A stretch of DNA of 64,000 nucleotides from Lama guanicoe (lineage: Eukaryota), in NCBI GenBank assembly GCA_013239625.1, contig MU053645.1:1356274-1420273 (forward strand), in the 5' to 3' direction. Shown one piece after another: positions 39,358 to 52,895 of this stretch (position 1 is the stretch's first letter; the number at the start of each line of letters is the position of its first letter). Below the pieces are notes generated by a model that made no database searches, had not been told where the DNA came from, and saw nothing but the letters and a program-made list of their open reading frames with translations. Made by a program: the position numbers and the translations under genes.

Positions 39358-40741
39358 CATGCTGATGCTGTTTCAATCTTATGAATTACATGGAAGAGGC
39401 AGAGGGGTGGTAACCCCATCTCCCAGCCTCCCTCACCAAATAGACATGGTGGCTCCCTGAGTAGAATTTCCTTTTTGGTAGAAGAGAGTAATTCATAGCG
39501 AAATCAACCATAATGCTGAGAATTTCCAGAACAGATCTAAATTGAAACATTCTCTCCTAAGTCAGATATAGGTCAGTCTATATGATCCAATTTGGGGCTC
39601 ATTAAAGCCCTCCACATTTACAGCTAGTTCCTTTTATAAGCTTCCCTCCCAGCACTGTCACTGAGCAGATCTGCTTTAAGGATGAACCCTAAGGCTCCTC
39701 CCAATAGAAGAGCATCAGGCAGCCTGAGCATCCTCATGAGCGTCCCAATCCCTGGATCCCTCCTCTCTCCTTCACACATAGTCCAAGCACTTCCCTGTCC
39801 TTCATTCAACACTTGGTTCCCATCATGAGGACACTGCTATTTAGTAGCTCCAGATCCCTGCTACCCTGCTGCTCACCCTCCTTGGGGAATGTGATTAACA
39901 CTCTACACTGCCTATTAACTTTCACTGTGGGGTTGTTGATCTGTTCCAGTGCAAATCTTGAAGCATAAAACTTCCTTAATGCCAAACACTTAAACCAGAG
40001 CAGAGAAATTTTAAACCACTAAAAGCTGATGGTCTCCAGTAAAACAAGACCCCATCCAAGAGTCTGGGCATTGCTAATACTGTCCGTAGAGGCTTATTCA
40101 GCTTCAAGTACATTTGAAACAGTGATTATTTCACCATGAATAGCTACCGTATGTCCAATGCACCACACTTCCGAATAATAAGAAAATCACTCACCTGTTT
40201 CTGTGCTGAGAGGCTGGCTTATCTGTGAGCAGTCTAGCTTGTGGAAGCCTCAGGGATCCCAGAGAGAAGCAGTAGTTTGCTGATTGACATTTCATCTAAG
40301 TACTAAGGACATCCACTGAAGAGACGATGCTAGATTGTACCTCTACTGGTAGGTTGGCAAAAGTCTCTCAAGGTTGAAGTTTTACAGAGCTAACCTCTGC
40401 CCTCTTGCCTTCTGCCCTCTGGCCTATAACTCACCAAACTGGGCCTTTTGGGACACAGTCCTGGCATTTCTATTGCAAGGCTGGCTACCTCAAGATAAAC
40501 CCTGTGGATACAGGCCAGGGTGACTCCAAGCTCACTTCCCAAGCCTCCATCTCCTCTCACGCTGCCTTAGGCGATAAGAACAAATAATCCAGGGTGTACA
40601 AAAATCAGTTATGAGCAGAGCATAATAAATATCACTAACACTCTTAATACTCTTCACCCAAGTATCATACCTAGAATTTAATAGGGACATTTAATATCTT
40701 TATGAGAAAAAAGTAATTAAAACTTTACCTAAATCATCTAC

Positions 40742-40912
40742 ACTATGCCATCTGATATAGAAGCCACCAAATGCTACCTATACTATTTTAAATGAATAAA
40801 ATTAAAATTTAGTTTTCAAGTGCTCAATGATCATATATGGCTAGTGACTGCTGTATCAGACGGTGCAGATTTAAAACATTTCCATTATTGCAGAAATTTC
40901 TATTGGGCAGGA
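40742..40912. mobile_element. MER3 (hAT-Charlie)
   Basis: tttcaagtgctcaatgatcatatatggctagtgactgc..aacatttccattattgcagaaatttctattgggcag. Confidence 0.8.
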
Positions 40913-41624
40913 TTGTTCTGGAGGATGACCATAATGGTGGGACTTTCAGGCATTGTGGTAAGCTAATAAGACCAGTAGGAGAGATGTAGGGAGCAAAAGG
41001 ACCATTCTGAACCCTTTGTGAGCTCTTTTGCCTGTACAAAATGTACTTTCTGCTGCTACTGCCTAAAAAAGACTCTCAGCCTTTGCCAATAAGTCATTTT
41101 GTGCCCCAGCCAACCATAAGGATAGACGGAGAAAGTGACACACAGCTGCCCAGCCCTTGCTTTTAGAAAGAGAGCAACTTTCAACTGAGTTCCTATCTTA
41201 GGGTCATGAACAATTATAAAGCCATTAACTTGTCCAGGCATTATAAGTTATTAAAACTATGAAAAACAGCCCTTGGCAAAGCCTAAACAGAAAACTAGAA
41301 ATCCCAAGAATTCTATGGCATCCAGGGGCCACCATGCTCACTGCATTCACAGTTAGACTACCTAATGTTAAACCCATCACCTTGACATTGGAGGATCCTT
41401 TGCCTCTATTGCAGACTTGGAGATAGTCACTAGACTCTACTAAAGTGGGAAAGTGGCTACTGACATTTAAGAAAGATTTTCAGCCACAAAGGTTGAAATC
41501 AATAGGGTGTTCTAGTCAACCTTTGGTTAATTAACTAGAAAATTAAGCTCAGCACAATACCCCATACTGTAAAATCGAGGTTTTGCTGTAAGCAGAGTAC
41601 AGTCAAAAGTGAAAACTACATTCC

Positions 41625-42155
41625 ATGCACTATTCTAAGTATTTAGTATTTTTTAATTCATTTAATCTTCACAATAAACCAATGAGATATGTACTATTAT
41701 TATCCTTATTTTACAGATGAGGGAAATGAAATATACAGAGATTAGGTGACCTGCCTAAGAACACACAGGCAGAAAATGATAGACATTGTATTTGAGCCAA
41801 GGTGATCTGATGTCAGAGGCTGTGCTCTCAGCCATTCCACTGTGCTACCTTGCAACTGTGGATAACAATGAATGAGTGACAGAGGTCCCTTGAAGGCTGG
41901 CCTTATCTCCAGCTAGCACAGTGCATGATAAACCGTAGATTCTCACTAAATGTTTGGTGAAGGAATAACAGCTAAAATCTATTAAGGACTTCCTATCTCA
42001 CTTAATCCTCAAAGGAATCCTATTGCTATTATCATGATACCCAGTTTATTACCCTCAGTTTTTACAGGTGAGGAAAATGAGACATAGAAAGACTAAGTCA
42101 CTTGCCCAAGATCACAGAGCTAGAGAATGATGGAGAAAGAATTTGAACCTAAATC
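41625..42155 (-). mobile_element. Two MIR fragments (41625-41845 and 41995-42155)
   Basis: tttaatcttcacaataaacc..ttttacagatgaggg; and tttacaggtgaggaaaatgag..cacttgcccaagatcacagagc. Confidence 0.8.
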
Positions 42156-43832
42156 TACATTCCACTCACTCCCACTGCCCTCTTTCCAACCAGAAAGAGT
42201 TTAGAGAAGCAGGGCTATAATCTTTCTAATCAAGCACCAGGCTTGGAGACCAAAGGCTCGGATTAGAGTCTCAGTTCAGTCAATAACGAACTGCCCTCGG
42301 GCAAGTCACTAGACCTATTAATGTTCTAATCTGTAAGATGGAGGTACCATTGCTGACTCACACATTGGCCCAAAGAGCAGAATAAAATGATGATACGGAT
42401 ATGCTACATGAAGTAAAGGGATTGTAGTTATTTTTGTTCTTCACTAAACTAGTGGGCACTATTTTGCTGACTTACTTGTTTGCTTTCCTTCTGCAACTGA
42501 CAAAATTACGCAGATTTTTTTTAAGAATAAAAGCTTCTAACTAAAGCAAAGTAAAGCAAATCCCTGGTTCAAACTGGTTCAGCTTTATCCTGAAGAAGAA
42601 CTCAGAGCCTTTAATGCAGAATGATACCAAATATCAGTGCAATGCCATAGCCACCTCCCCCCGTTGTAGCTAAAGAGACCCACCAGCACAACTGAGAGCC
42701 TTTGGCGGAAAGCAGACTGAGCAGACAGAGGGTGAAGCAGGAAATTCTGCTTAGCCAGAGGCCCCATGGCTTCTCTCAGTCATCACAGCCCAGAACGCAG
42801 CAGTCAGAACCAAATCAGTTTTTTTTTCTTTAACAATGGCAGCAATTGCAAGAGGTTCAAAAGAAAGGAAGAAGGGTTGGCAGAGAGTGGTTCCCCTGCA
42901 GATTCCTTCAGAGCATGTAGACTTGGTGCAAGCACCTCAGTCATCTTCACGTATTATCTTCTACGACAGCTGATAGGGCTGCTCTGTTGAAGTTAATTGC
43001 AAAGAAAGAAGCCCAATGTATCATCATATTCAGAAACATTCCCAAGGCTTACCATCACTGACTAATGCCGAAATGCATCAAAAGACCTTTGTTTTTTCAT
43101 AAAAAGTAGTCAATCCAGACATGACATTTCAAGGAAAACTGACGTCTCAAAGTTTAATTTGGCTCCACAAATGGGTGAGGGTTCGTCAGAGAGCTTTGTT
43201 TCTCCCTCACATACCATAGATGGTTGCCTCAGAATAAGGCCCCGGGCAGAACTTCATGGCTTGGGACCCTGCTATTAACAATTAATAGAATATTCAGGCC
43301 AAAGAGACCTTTGAACTCATCAAGTCCAGTCTTGTCAAATTATGGAGGAGAAAAATGAGATCCAGAGAATTTAAGTGATGAGTCCAAAGTCAGTAACAGA
43401 AGGGATCAGATGGCAGGTCTTCTGATACTTAAGTGAGTACAATTTTACTGAAACCCATGGCCTCATGCTTTCTTCTGAACTCTCTGATAAAGCTACCACC
43501 TTGATTGGTCAGACTGACAATTTTACACCCGCTTTCACTTCACCACATTCCTACATAGACCACTTTTAATTATACGTTTGATAGGTCATTTAAAACCAAT
43601 TTTTTCCTCTCAGATCAAGTTCTCATTAGCACCAAATACATTCCCAGTTTCTCCCTCAGTCAGAATTATAAATTCATATTCATAAAAATTTAAGTGGGTC
43701 CTAATTAAGAAGATAAACATGCTGCCTATAAAAGAAAGTCAAAGATATTCAGATTATTCATTTTTCACTCTTTGAATCATCTCTGACAGATAACCATATC
43801 AGTTATTGTGCTGCGAATTGGGGATTCAGTGT

Positions 43833-44050
43833 TTTTTTTAATTGAAGTGTAGCTGATTTACAATGTTGTGTTAGTTTCAGCTATACAGCAAAGTGATTCA
43901 GTTATCATATATATGTGTGTATATATGTATGATTCTTTTTTATATTCTTTTCTATTATAAGTTATTATAAGATAATGAATATAGTTCCCTGTGCTATACA
44001 GGAGGTCCCTGTTGTTTATCTATTTTATATATAGTAGTGTGTATATGTTG
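43833..44050 (-). mobile_element. Short L1 3'-end insertion with 13-bp TSD
   Basis: Poly(T) followed by attgaagtgtagctgatttacaatg... TSD ggggattcagtgt at 43820-43832 and 44051-44063. Confidence 0.9.
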
Positions 44051-44064
44051 GGGGATTCAGTGTA

Positions 44065-46080
44065 TTTTTTTAAACATTTTTTATTGATTTATAATCATTT
44101 TACAATGTTGTGTCAAATTCCAGTGTTCAGCACAATTTTTCAGTCATTCATGGACATATACACACTCGTCGTCACATTTTTTTCTCTGTGAGTTATCATA
44201 ACATTTTGTGTATATTTCCCTGTGCTATACAGTGTAATCTTGTTTATCTATTCTACAATTTTGAAATCCCAGTCTATCCCTTCCCACCCTCCACCCCCCT
44301 GGTAACCACAAGTCTGTATTCTCTGTCTGTGAGTCTATTTCTGTCCTGTATTTATGCTTTGTTTTTGTTTGTTTGTTTTTGTTTTTGTTTTTTAGATTCC
44401 ACATATGAGCGATCTCATATGGTATTTTTCTTTCTCTTTCTGGCTTACTTCACTTAGAATGACATTCTCTAGGAGCATCCATGTTGCTGCAAATGGCATT
44501 ATGTTGTCGGTTTTTATGGCTGAGTAGTATTCCATTGTATAAATATACCACCTCTTCTTTATCCAGTCACCTGTTGATGGACATTTAGGCTGTTTCCATG
44601 TTTTGGCTATTGTAAATAGTGCTGCTATGAACATTGGGGTGCAGGTGTCATCCTGAAGTAGATTTCCTTCTGGGTACAAGCCCAGGAGTGGGATTCCTGG
44701 GTCATATGGTAAGTCTATTCCTAGTCTTTTGAGGAATCTCCACACTGTTTTCCATAGTGGCTGCACCAAACTGCATTCCCACCAGCAGTGTAGGAGGGTT
44801 CCCCTTTCTCCACAGCCTCTCCAGCATTTGTCATTTTTGGATTTTTGAATGACGGCCATTCTGACTGGTGTGAGGTGATACCTCATTGTAGTTTTGATTT
44901 GCATTTCTCTGATAATTAGTGATATTGAACATTTTTTCATGTGCTTTTTGATCATTTGTATGTCTTCCTTGGAGAATTGCTTGTTTAGGTCTTCTGCCCA
45001 TTTTTGGATTGGGTTGTTTATTTTTTCCTTATTGAGTCGTATGAGCTGCTTATATATTTTGGAGATCAAGCCTTTGTCGGTTTCACTTGCAAAAATTTTC
45101 TCCCATTCCGTAGGTTTTCTTCTTGTTTTATTTCTGGTTTCCTTTGCTCTGCAGAAGCTTGTAAGTTTCATTAGGTCCCATTTGTTTATTCTTGCTTTTA
45201 TTTCTTCTAGGAGAAAATTTTTGAAATGTATGTCAGATAATGTTTTGCCTATGTTTTCCTCTAGGAGGTTTATTGTATCTTGTCTTATGTTTAAGTCTTT
45301 AATCCATTTTGAGTTGATTTTTGTATATGGTGTAAGGGTGTGTTCTAGCTTCATTGTTTTACATGCTGCTGTCCAGTTTTCCCAACACCATTTGCTGAAG
45401 AGACTGTCTTTATTCCATTGTATATTCTTGCCTCCTTTGTCGAAGATGAGTTGACCAAAAGTTTGTGGGTTCATTTCTGGGCTCTCTATTCTGTTCCATT
45501 GGTCTATATGTCTGTTTTGGTACCAATACCATGCTGTCTTGATGACTGTAGCTCTATAGTATTGTCTGAAGTCTGGGAGAGTTATTCCTCCAGCCTCTTT
45601 CTTTCTCTTCAGTAATGCTTTGGCAATTCTAGGTCTTTGATGGTTCCATATAAATTTTATTATGATGTGTTCTAGTTCTGTGAAATATGTCCTGGGTAAT
45701 TGGATAGGGATTGCATTAAATCTGTAGATTGCCTTGGGCAGTGTGACCATTTTAACAATATTGATTCTTCCAATCCAAGAGCATGGAATAGCTTTCCATT
45801 TTTTAAAGTCTTCTTTAATTTCCTTCATCAGTGGTTTATAGTTTTCTGCGTATAATTCTTTCACCTCCTTGGTTAGATTTATTCCCAGATATTTTATTAC
45901 TTTGGGTGCTGTTTTAAAGGGGATTGTTTCTTTACTTTCTTTTTCTGTTGATTTATCGTTAGTGTAAAGAAATGCAATTGACTTTTGAACGTTAATTTTG
46001 TAACCTGCTACCTTGCTGAATTCTTCAATCAGCTCTAGTAACTTTTGTGTGGACCTTTTAGGGTTTTCTATATATAGTAA
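44065..46080 (-). mobile_element. Young LINE-1 copy C, 5'-truncated (~2.0 kb), no TSD seen
   Basis: Reverse complement of the same L1 family as copies A and B, with an open ORF2 C-terminus. Confidence 0.97.
44392..46080 (-). pseudogene. L1 ORF2 C-terminal 562 codons, uninterrupted
   Basis: Frame is open from the junction ([24 protein letters not shown]...) to SLICGI*. It starts directly after the position of the FADDM motif. Confidence 0.95.
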
Positions 46081-46552
46081 AAACTACCTGTTGTATGTAA
46101 GAGGAGGTGCTGTGGTCCAGTATTCCTTTTGATTGCATATGATTAGTCTTTCTTTGAAGTTATTTGTATGCAGTAAGACGGTGCTAGTTGTGAGGCTTTT
46201 AAGCTATATGAAGTCCCATACTTAACATCGCTTTATTTCCGGCCTCTGGGAACCCAATTGTATCTCTGTGAGAGAGGGTTGACTTATACTTGACTATGAA
46301 TGGAAATATAATTTCTTTCATAAGACTGAGAGTCGTGCCCACTTGTAATGAATATCAGAATCTCCAGAGGGTTGTTTTCAAGCCATAGATTTAACTATGG
46401 GGCATCTAATATGCCTCCTGAGGGCGTGAGTATTACTGCTGGGTGATAATCACTGTGTTCAAAGAGACGACCTAACTGCTAAAATGGTGAGGAGGCAGAA
46501 AAAAGGTTGATCATTATCAGTATACTATTTTATATTTTCCAAACCATTTTTA

Positions 46553-46725
46553 ATGACAATGACTACCATTTATTGAGCATTTACTACATGCCAGATATGG
46601 CTCTAATTTTTTAAACTGAATTTAACTCTCTTAAATCTCAAATATATCCTATGACGTAGGGATCACTATTTTTCTCACTTTACTGATATGAAAACGGAAG
46701 AGGAGAGAAGTGAAATCACTTGCTA
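46553..46725 (-). mobile_element. MIR
   Basis: catttattgagcatttactacatgccaga..ttttactgatatgaaaacgga. Confidence 0.7.
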
Positions 46726-47435
46726 ACCTATGGTCTAGGTCATCACCCTTCCAAGAGGCCCACCTTCACAGACTCTGTAATCTCAAAAGAAACAGGTACA
46801 CCACTGTCTAACTGAGAGTTTCTAAATCTGGGTCACGGCCTTCCTTGAGATCACTCTATGAATAGAATTACGAACAAAATTTTGAATGGGTTTGCAGTTT
46901 TCTGGGAAAGGATCCATACCATGAGTAATTTTTTTCATAAATTTTCCCGGAAAATTAATAAGCTGCCTAACTACATAAGTAGAAGAAAGTAGTCAGGCAT
47001 GGTTTGAAAATGAGTGGCAACTGGGATAGGATAGGAAAATAAAGTTGCACCAGATTCAAGTTATTGATGTCACTAAATGGAAATAGAAACACCTCAAGGC
47101 TAGGCATCAGCCTTAATGTCACTAAATTTCCTCATCTAGGCAAAGGGAATGATCAATTCCAATCCCATAAATGTTTTGAGGACCAGGTCAGATTACGGGT
47201 AGGAAAATGCTTAGAAAAAGAATAAAGCATGATAATTAATCATTCTGTTTAAAGGTTCATTTCTTTTAAGTACTGAAAAACAATAACAACAACAAAAAGC
47301 TTATCAGATCAAGAGAAAAAGCAGGGAGAGGAGACAAGGAAAAACAGAGTATCTAGAGGAACTCTAAGAAATCATTCACTTGGAGTGTGGCATTAGGGCT
47401 CTGCACTGGCTTTTATAAATACTTGGAAAATTGTC

Positions 47436-47698
47436 CAGAGAATACAGACTTGTGGTTACCAGGGGGGTGGAGGGTGGGAAGGGATAGACTGGGATTTCAA
47501 AATTTTAGAATAGATAAACAAGATTACACTGTATAGCACAGGGAAATATACACAAAATGTTATGATAACTCACAGAGAAAAAAATGTGACAATGAGTGTG
47601 TATATGTCCATGAATGACTGAAAAATTGTGCTGAACACTGGAATTTGACACAACATTGTAAAATGATTATAAATCAATAAAAAATGTTAAAAAAAAAA
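47436..47698 (+). mobile_element. Young LINE-1 copy D, 3' UTR only, with 10-bp TSD
   Basis: Near-identical to the 3' UTR of copies A-C. TSD gaaaattgtc at 47426-47435 and 47699-47708. Confidence 0.95.
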
Positions 47699-49860
47699 GA
47701 AAATTGTCTAAGAAATATACAGACATCATTCGCCCTGGGCCCCTGATGACCACATTCAACTTGTTTCTGGAATTTTCCATATTCTTCAAGTCTCTTTCAA
47801 ATAGCTTGGAAAACATCCTTCCCCCTATCCCCACAAAAAGCAAGCAAACAAATGAACAAGCAGAAAGGAAGATTCTCCATCGCAGAAAAGATGGCACACT
47901 GACTTCCAGAAAAAACATTTTAATGTGGTTGGCATATCCAATTTTTTTAAAAATGTTTGCTGTGTTTAGATTTTGTAATAGAAAAATCTCATTATATGAT
48001 TGATTTCATAGCAAGTGTGTCTGAGGAAAGACTTATGAATGGCAGTTCTTTAAGATCCACCATGTCAGCATGCTTCTAATATATAAATATTATCATGAGC
48101 CTGTAACACAACATACTTGCCTTACTTAACCTCACCCACTGGAACTGTGACCTTCCAGCCACAAGAATCCAAGAGTCATAGCAATCCCAGCTTAAAAGGA
48201 AGGAATGGCTGCTGGGTCAGTCTCCCTGGGCATATAGCTGTGGGATGGTTATATTAATGTTTCAGGCGCCTTCACCCCCACTGTGATTCTCTGATGCAGT
48301 TTATCTAAGGGGACCCTCACAGTTTCAAACAGTTAAACTATCTTTCCCCAAGCAGCTCACTCATGCCCGTAAACAAATTCCTAAAGAAAATCTGGCTCAA
48401 ATAAAATCTGTCAAAGGCCCACTCCTTTGGTTCCTGGGAGATTTATGGGATGTGTGTGCTAAACGTTGTTATTGCTGAAGTAAGGCAAGCAAAATCAGCA
48501 CATGGCTCATTAAGAAAAACCAAATGGTATAGATGTTGGTATTTTAATTGTGGACGGGCTTTCAGATTTCACAGAATGGCCTATTTAAAATAAGTTATAT
48601 GCATGACAAGGTGAATTTACAAGGAATCCCCTCTAATTGGGTCACCCCCCTTCTTAGTCCATAACTAGGGAAGGGAACAATTAAGGACCAAGGTTTCATT
48701 TCACAGGTGGTTTTAGGAGGCAGTCTCATTACTTTATAGTCATAACTCACATACCCGGTCATTGAGGAGAACTCTAAGAGCAAGGAGCTTTTCTGAAGCC
48801 CATACCATTTTCTATTCTGATCCACTGCAAATGTTCTCTCCCCAAGGCACAGGAAGGACACATGGAGCGCATCTTGGCTACAACATATGGTGCTGAAGCA
48901 GCAAGCTGATAAGTCTTTAGCAGTACTTGACAGTGGTAAGAGATCAATTATTGTCACATAAATATTAAAAAGCTCCCCTAGTAGTCTGCTGGAATGAGAG
49001 TATATTTAACCATGATAACTACTTCCCTGTTAATAGCAACTGAATTTGCCTGAGAAACAAAATGTCACCCCATCAGGTGAAGTTCAATTAAATGCTCAGT
49101 TGGTCCAAGGTTGTCTTGCTGTTGTTGCTGCTGCTTCTATCTGTAATGAGAGCCAAAACATGAAAAAAGTACAATTACCTTCCCTGGGGACTATGATTCT
49201 TCCATCTTGCAGGTGACAGGAACTTTCTGGAGGCTGCTCAAAGTGAATTTTGTCTAGGAAACTCTGACCTCCTAAATCCTATGAGGAGATTGAACCTGGC
49301 CCTGGAGTCAGAAGCACAATCTCTTTTGCCCTAGCAGTTCCAAAATTTCTCCCGGAGCAGATTCTAGCAAACAATCAGTGAGCATTGACTGAGTAGCAAC
49401 TGATAATTAGCTCAAGCCCCTACGCCCCAAGGCCAGCCTTCTCCTGGGCAGGACTGGGGGAGGTAGTGAAGGACAAAGAATTCTCCAGGAGGTTGAAAAT
49501 TCCAAGATTCAGATGCTTACGTGATCTCTTCTGATTCCAAGAGAATCATGTAGTCCAGAGAGCTCAGGTACAGAATTTCTAGGTCGGGTCACTAGGCAGC
49601 ACCTTCCCGTTCGTCTGAGGCTAGAATGGCAAGTTGTCCCCTGCAACTGAGTGCATCTCCCTGATTTTAGCTGTAATTCAGATTACGGGGCACTCATAAG
49701 ACACCCCAGCTCCAAAGAGAACAATTTCTATTTAGGAAATTAAGAAGATAAGAAAAAAACATTTTCTTTATTTTAGAGTGTGTGCAGTTGTACACTGAAC
49801 AGGTGAGAAGGTGTTCAAAGCATCAAGAGATTCTTGACTGAAATGAGAAATAAATACTAA

Positions 49861-49886
49861 CACACACAAACACACACACACACACA
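49861..49886. repeat. Imperfect (CA)n microsatellite
   Basis: Directly visible. Confidence 0.85.
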
Positions 49887-49983
49887 TAGTTGTAGAAAGG
49901 ATATTTCTATGCTATAATAACAACCTTTTGGCTGTGGGATTTAGAAAGACAACTCTGTCTCTGAACTGAACAGGAACGAGCAA

Positions 49984-50098
49984 AGCAGGGTGCGTAGTGG
50001 TTAAGATCACACGCACTGGAGCCAGACTGCCTGGGTTCAGATTCTGGCTGTGCTACTCACTTGAGCAAATCACTCAGCCTTCCCGTGTCTCAGTTTCA
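49984..50098 (+). mobile_element. MIR 5' half
   Basis: gcgtagtggttaagatcacacgcactggagccagactgcctgggttcag..tctcagtttc. Confidence 0.85.
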
Positions 50099-51069
50099 AT
50101 TCAAATTTAAAATTAAAAAAATCCAATCCTCAACTCTAGAATTCATCTTGATTTCCAATTTATCTCCAAAGAAGCAGCTCCCACCATTTTAAGTCCCCGA
50201 TCTGCTCTGCGTTTCTCTGAGCACAAAAGCTGAAAGACTTCCAAGCAAAGATCCAGCTTTGTAGGGGTGCAAGGGGAGGCCAGGAAGGCTTTGAGAAGAC
50301 AAAGCTTTACCCCCACCTGCAGCAGGGCTTTAGAGAGGGGCTGTAGGTCAGTATCAAATGGTCTCAGAGTGGAGCCACCCTGCTGCTCTGGGCGGGAGCA
50401 GCTTCGCAAGGAGCTCTCTCCAGGAGCAAGCTCCCCTCAGGCTGGCAGAGTTAGAGAGAGACTATTCATTTCCAGGAGTGTTATTAATTGTTTTGACACC
50501 TGCCTCTGGCGTGTGCACCTTTTGGTGTAAATAAATGATTGGCTAGGGCCAGAGCGTTGTCTGCGACCAGATGATTAGAAGTAGCAGCAGCACCTTGGTG
50601 AAACCTCCCACGCAGCTCTTCCCAACAGCCCCTCTGCATCAAGAACACATTTTTCTCCCTGTCCCCACTATCCTACCCTATTTTTTTAATGAGAAAAAAA
50701 AGGAACCTGTCTTTTCTTCATATTCTCATCCCAGCTGGTGTTTATTCCTTCTTCCCTCTCCCTTTTTCTCTCCCCTCACCCCGCTTAGGGGGGAAATTAA
50801 AGGAAAAGTGGTTTCTGAGCAGTAAAAAGAATGCCTTGTTCTGTGGCTAAGGTCAGCAATTTGGGGAGGAAGGGGTAGAAATTGAAGGATAATTCAGTGA
50901 AAGCACCATGAATGAGTAATAGCCACTAGACTGAATGCAACCTCCCTGGTCCTTCTGCTCACGTTTGGGTTATTTGTGCTTCTATTTTATTTCATTTTGA
51001 GTACAAGCCCTTAGAGGTCAGGGGTGTGGCTTCCCTTATGCTGTTATCAGCTCCTAGCATAACCATGGG

Positions 51070-51290
51070 GATAATGGCTAATGTTTGCCAAGTGCTAACT
51101 ATACATCAGTCACAAAGATAAACATACAGGCATTACCTCCTTCAGTCCTCACATCAGCCCTATAGGATCAGTACTCATGATCCCTCTGTGACAGATGCAG
51201 AAACTGAATCAGAGAGATGAAGTCAGCTGCCTAAGGTCACATAGTGAGTAAGAGGAGGAGGCTCCAGAGTGCACCTGGGTAACCACGTCT
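51070..51290 (-). mobile_element. MIR
   Basis: cagtcctcacatcagccctatagg..acagatgcagaaactgaatcagagag..cctaaggtcacatag. Confidence 0.75.
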
Positions 51291-52256
51291 CAGACGGACT
51301 GGTTTTGTTGTCCTAGGTCAGCCATGAGCTCACTCTGAGTGCAAGCCTTTGGAAGGCAGGCTACAGCTACTTTTCCACTAGTGACTAGTTTATTGGAGGC
51401 ACCTAATCCACATAAGATAATCCTTCTAGAGTCTGGGAGCAGCAGAGCTATTCTTTAGAGTTTCTTTGATGAGTTTAGAAAAGACCTTGAATTCTGAGCA
51501 AGTTACTCTCCTGCTGCCTAACAATGAGAGGTGAGCGATGAGCCCAACAGGATTATTGGGAGGTAAGGAACAGCCCTTTGCACGGGAGTATTCTTAAATC
51601 TTCCCCCCTCAACATAAAGTGAAGAGAAACCTTATAAGCAAAATTAGGAAGCTATTTTTAAAAAATGGGGAAAGTAAATTTAGTGCTCCTAAGAGTGAGG
51701 AACTCAACAGGATGATCTGGAGCAGACCACTGAGTTTCACAACTCAGACTCTGCCAATCTCCTCTGTAAATACCCAGGCTATTCCAGGCCTGCTTCCTCT
51801 CTGGAGCAGATGCCACCAGTCTCAGAACATCACGGGGGTAGAGACGTAATAGGCAAAAGATGCAAAAGACCATGTGGTGACACCACTGCACATAAATTTA
51901 GGGCTTTATAGTTTGCAAAGTGTCATCACCTACAAGATCTCATTTGTTCCACTTATGTTGGGGGCCAATTAGTACCAACTCCATTTTCCACAATAGGATC
52001 ACAAGACTCCATATGGTGACTGGACATGACCCAGCTCCCACAGTTCCTGAAGTAACAGAATTGGGATTAAAAACCAGGTCACCTGATTCCAAACACTTGC
52101 GTCTTCTGATAATATGATTTAAGTACTAGGAATTTGGGTTTTGTTTTATTAAAAGGTAGGAGTATTTCCAGATACTAGAGAACATCCAATTTCTAATGTA
52201 GATATTAAAGGCCTGGTACACACCCTGTAAGTTCCCTGAGAAGCCTATATACTCTT

Positions 52257-52895
52257 TTCTTCTAATTAATTAATTTATTTTTATTGAAGTAGAGTTGATT
52301 TACAGTGTTGTTAGTTTCAGGTATACAGCAAAGTGATTCAGTTATGCATATACAATTTTTTCAGATTCTTTTCCATTATAGGTTATTACAAGATATTTGT
52401 TGTTTATCTGTTTTATATATAGTAGTGTGCATATGTTAATCCCAAACTCCTAGTTTAGCCCTCCCCCTTCTTTTCTCCTTTGCTAATCCTAAATTTGTTT
52501 TCTATGTCTGTGAAGCTATTTCCAGTTTGTAAATAATATCATTTGTATCATTTTTTTATATTCCACATATATATGTTTGTGAAGGATATTGATTCCACAT
52601 ATAAGTAATATCATATGATATTCTCTGTCTGACTTACTTCACTTAGAATGACAATCTCCAGGTCCATCCATGTTGCTGCAAATGGCATTATTTCATTCTT
52701 TTTATGGCTGAATAATATTCCATTGTGTGTGTGTGTGTGTGTACATACACACCACATACACACCACATTTTCTTTATCTATTCATCTGTCAATGGACATT
52801 TAGGTTGCTTCCACATCTTGCCTGTTGTAAATAGTGCTGCTATGAATGTTGGAGCATATGTGTCCTTTCAAGTTCGAGTTTTCTCCAGATATATG
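52257..52895 (-). mobile_element. L1 3' portion with 12-bp TSD
   Basis: 3' UTR and ORF2 end in reverse, with an internal (TG)n. TSD ctatatactctt at 52245-52256 and 52896-52907. Confidence 0.9.

Noticed and set aside
40193..40314. Minus-strand exon-like segment with AG and GTGAGT boundaries
   Set aside because: It has stops in all three frames and no other support; at most a non-coding exon.
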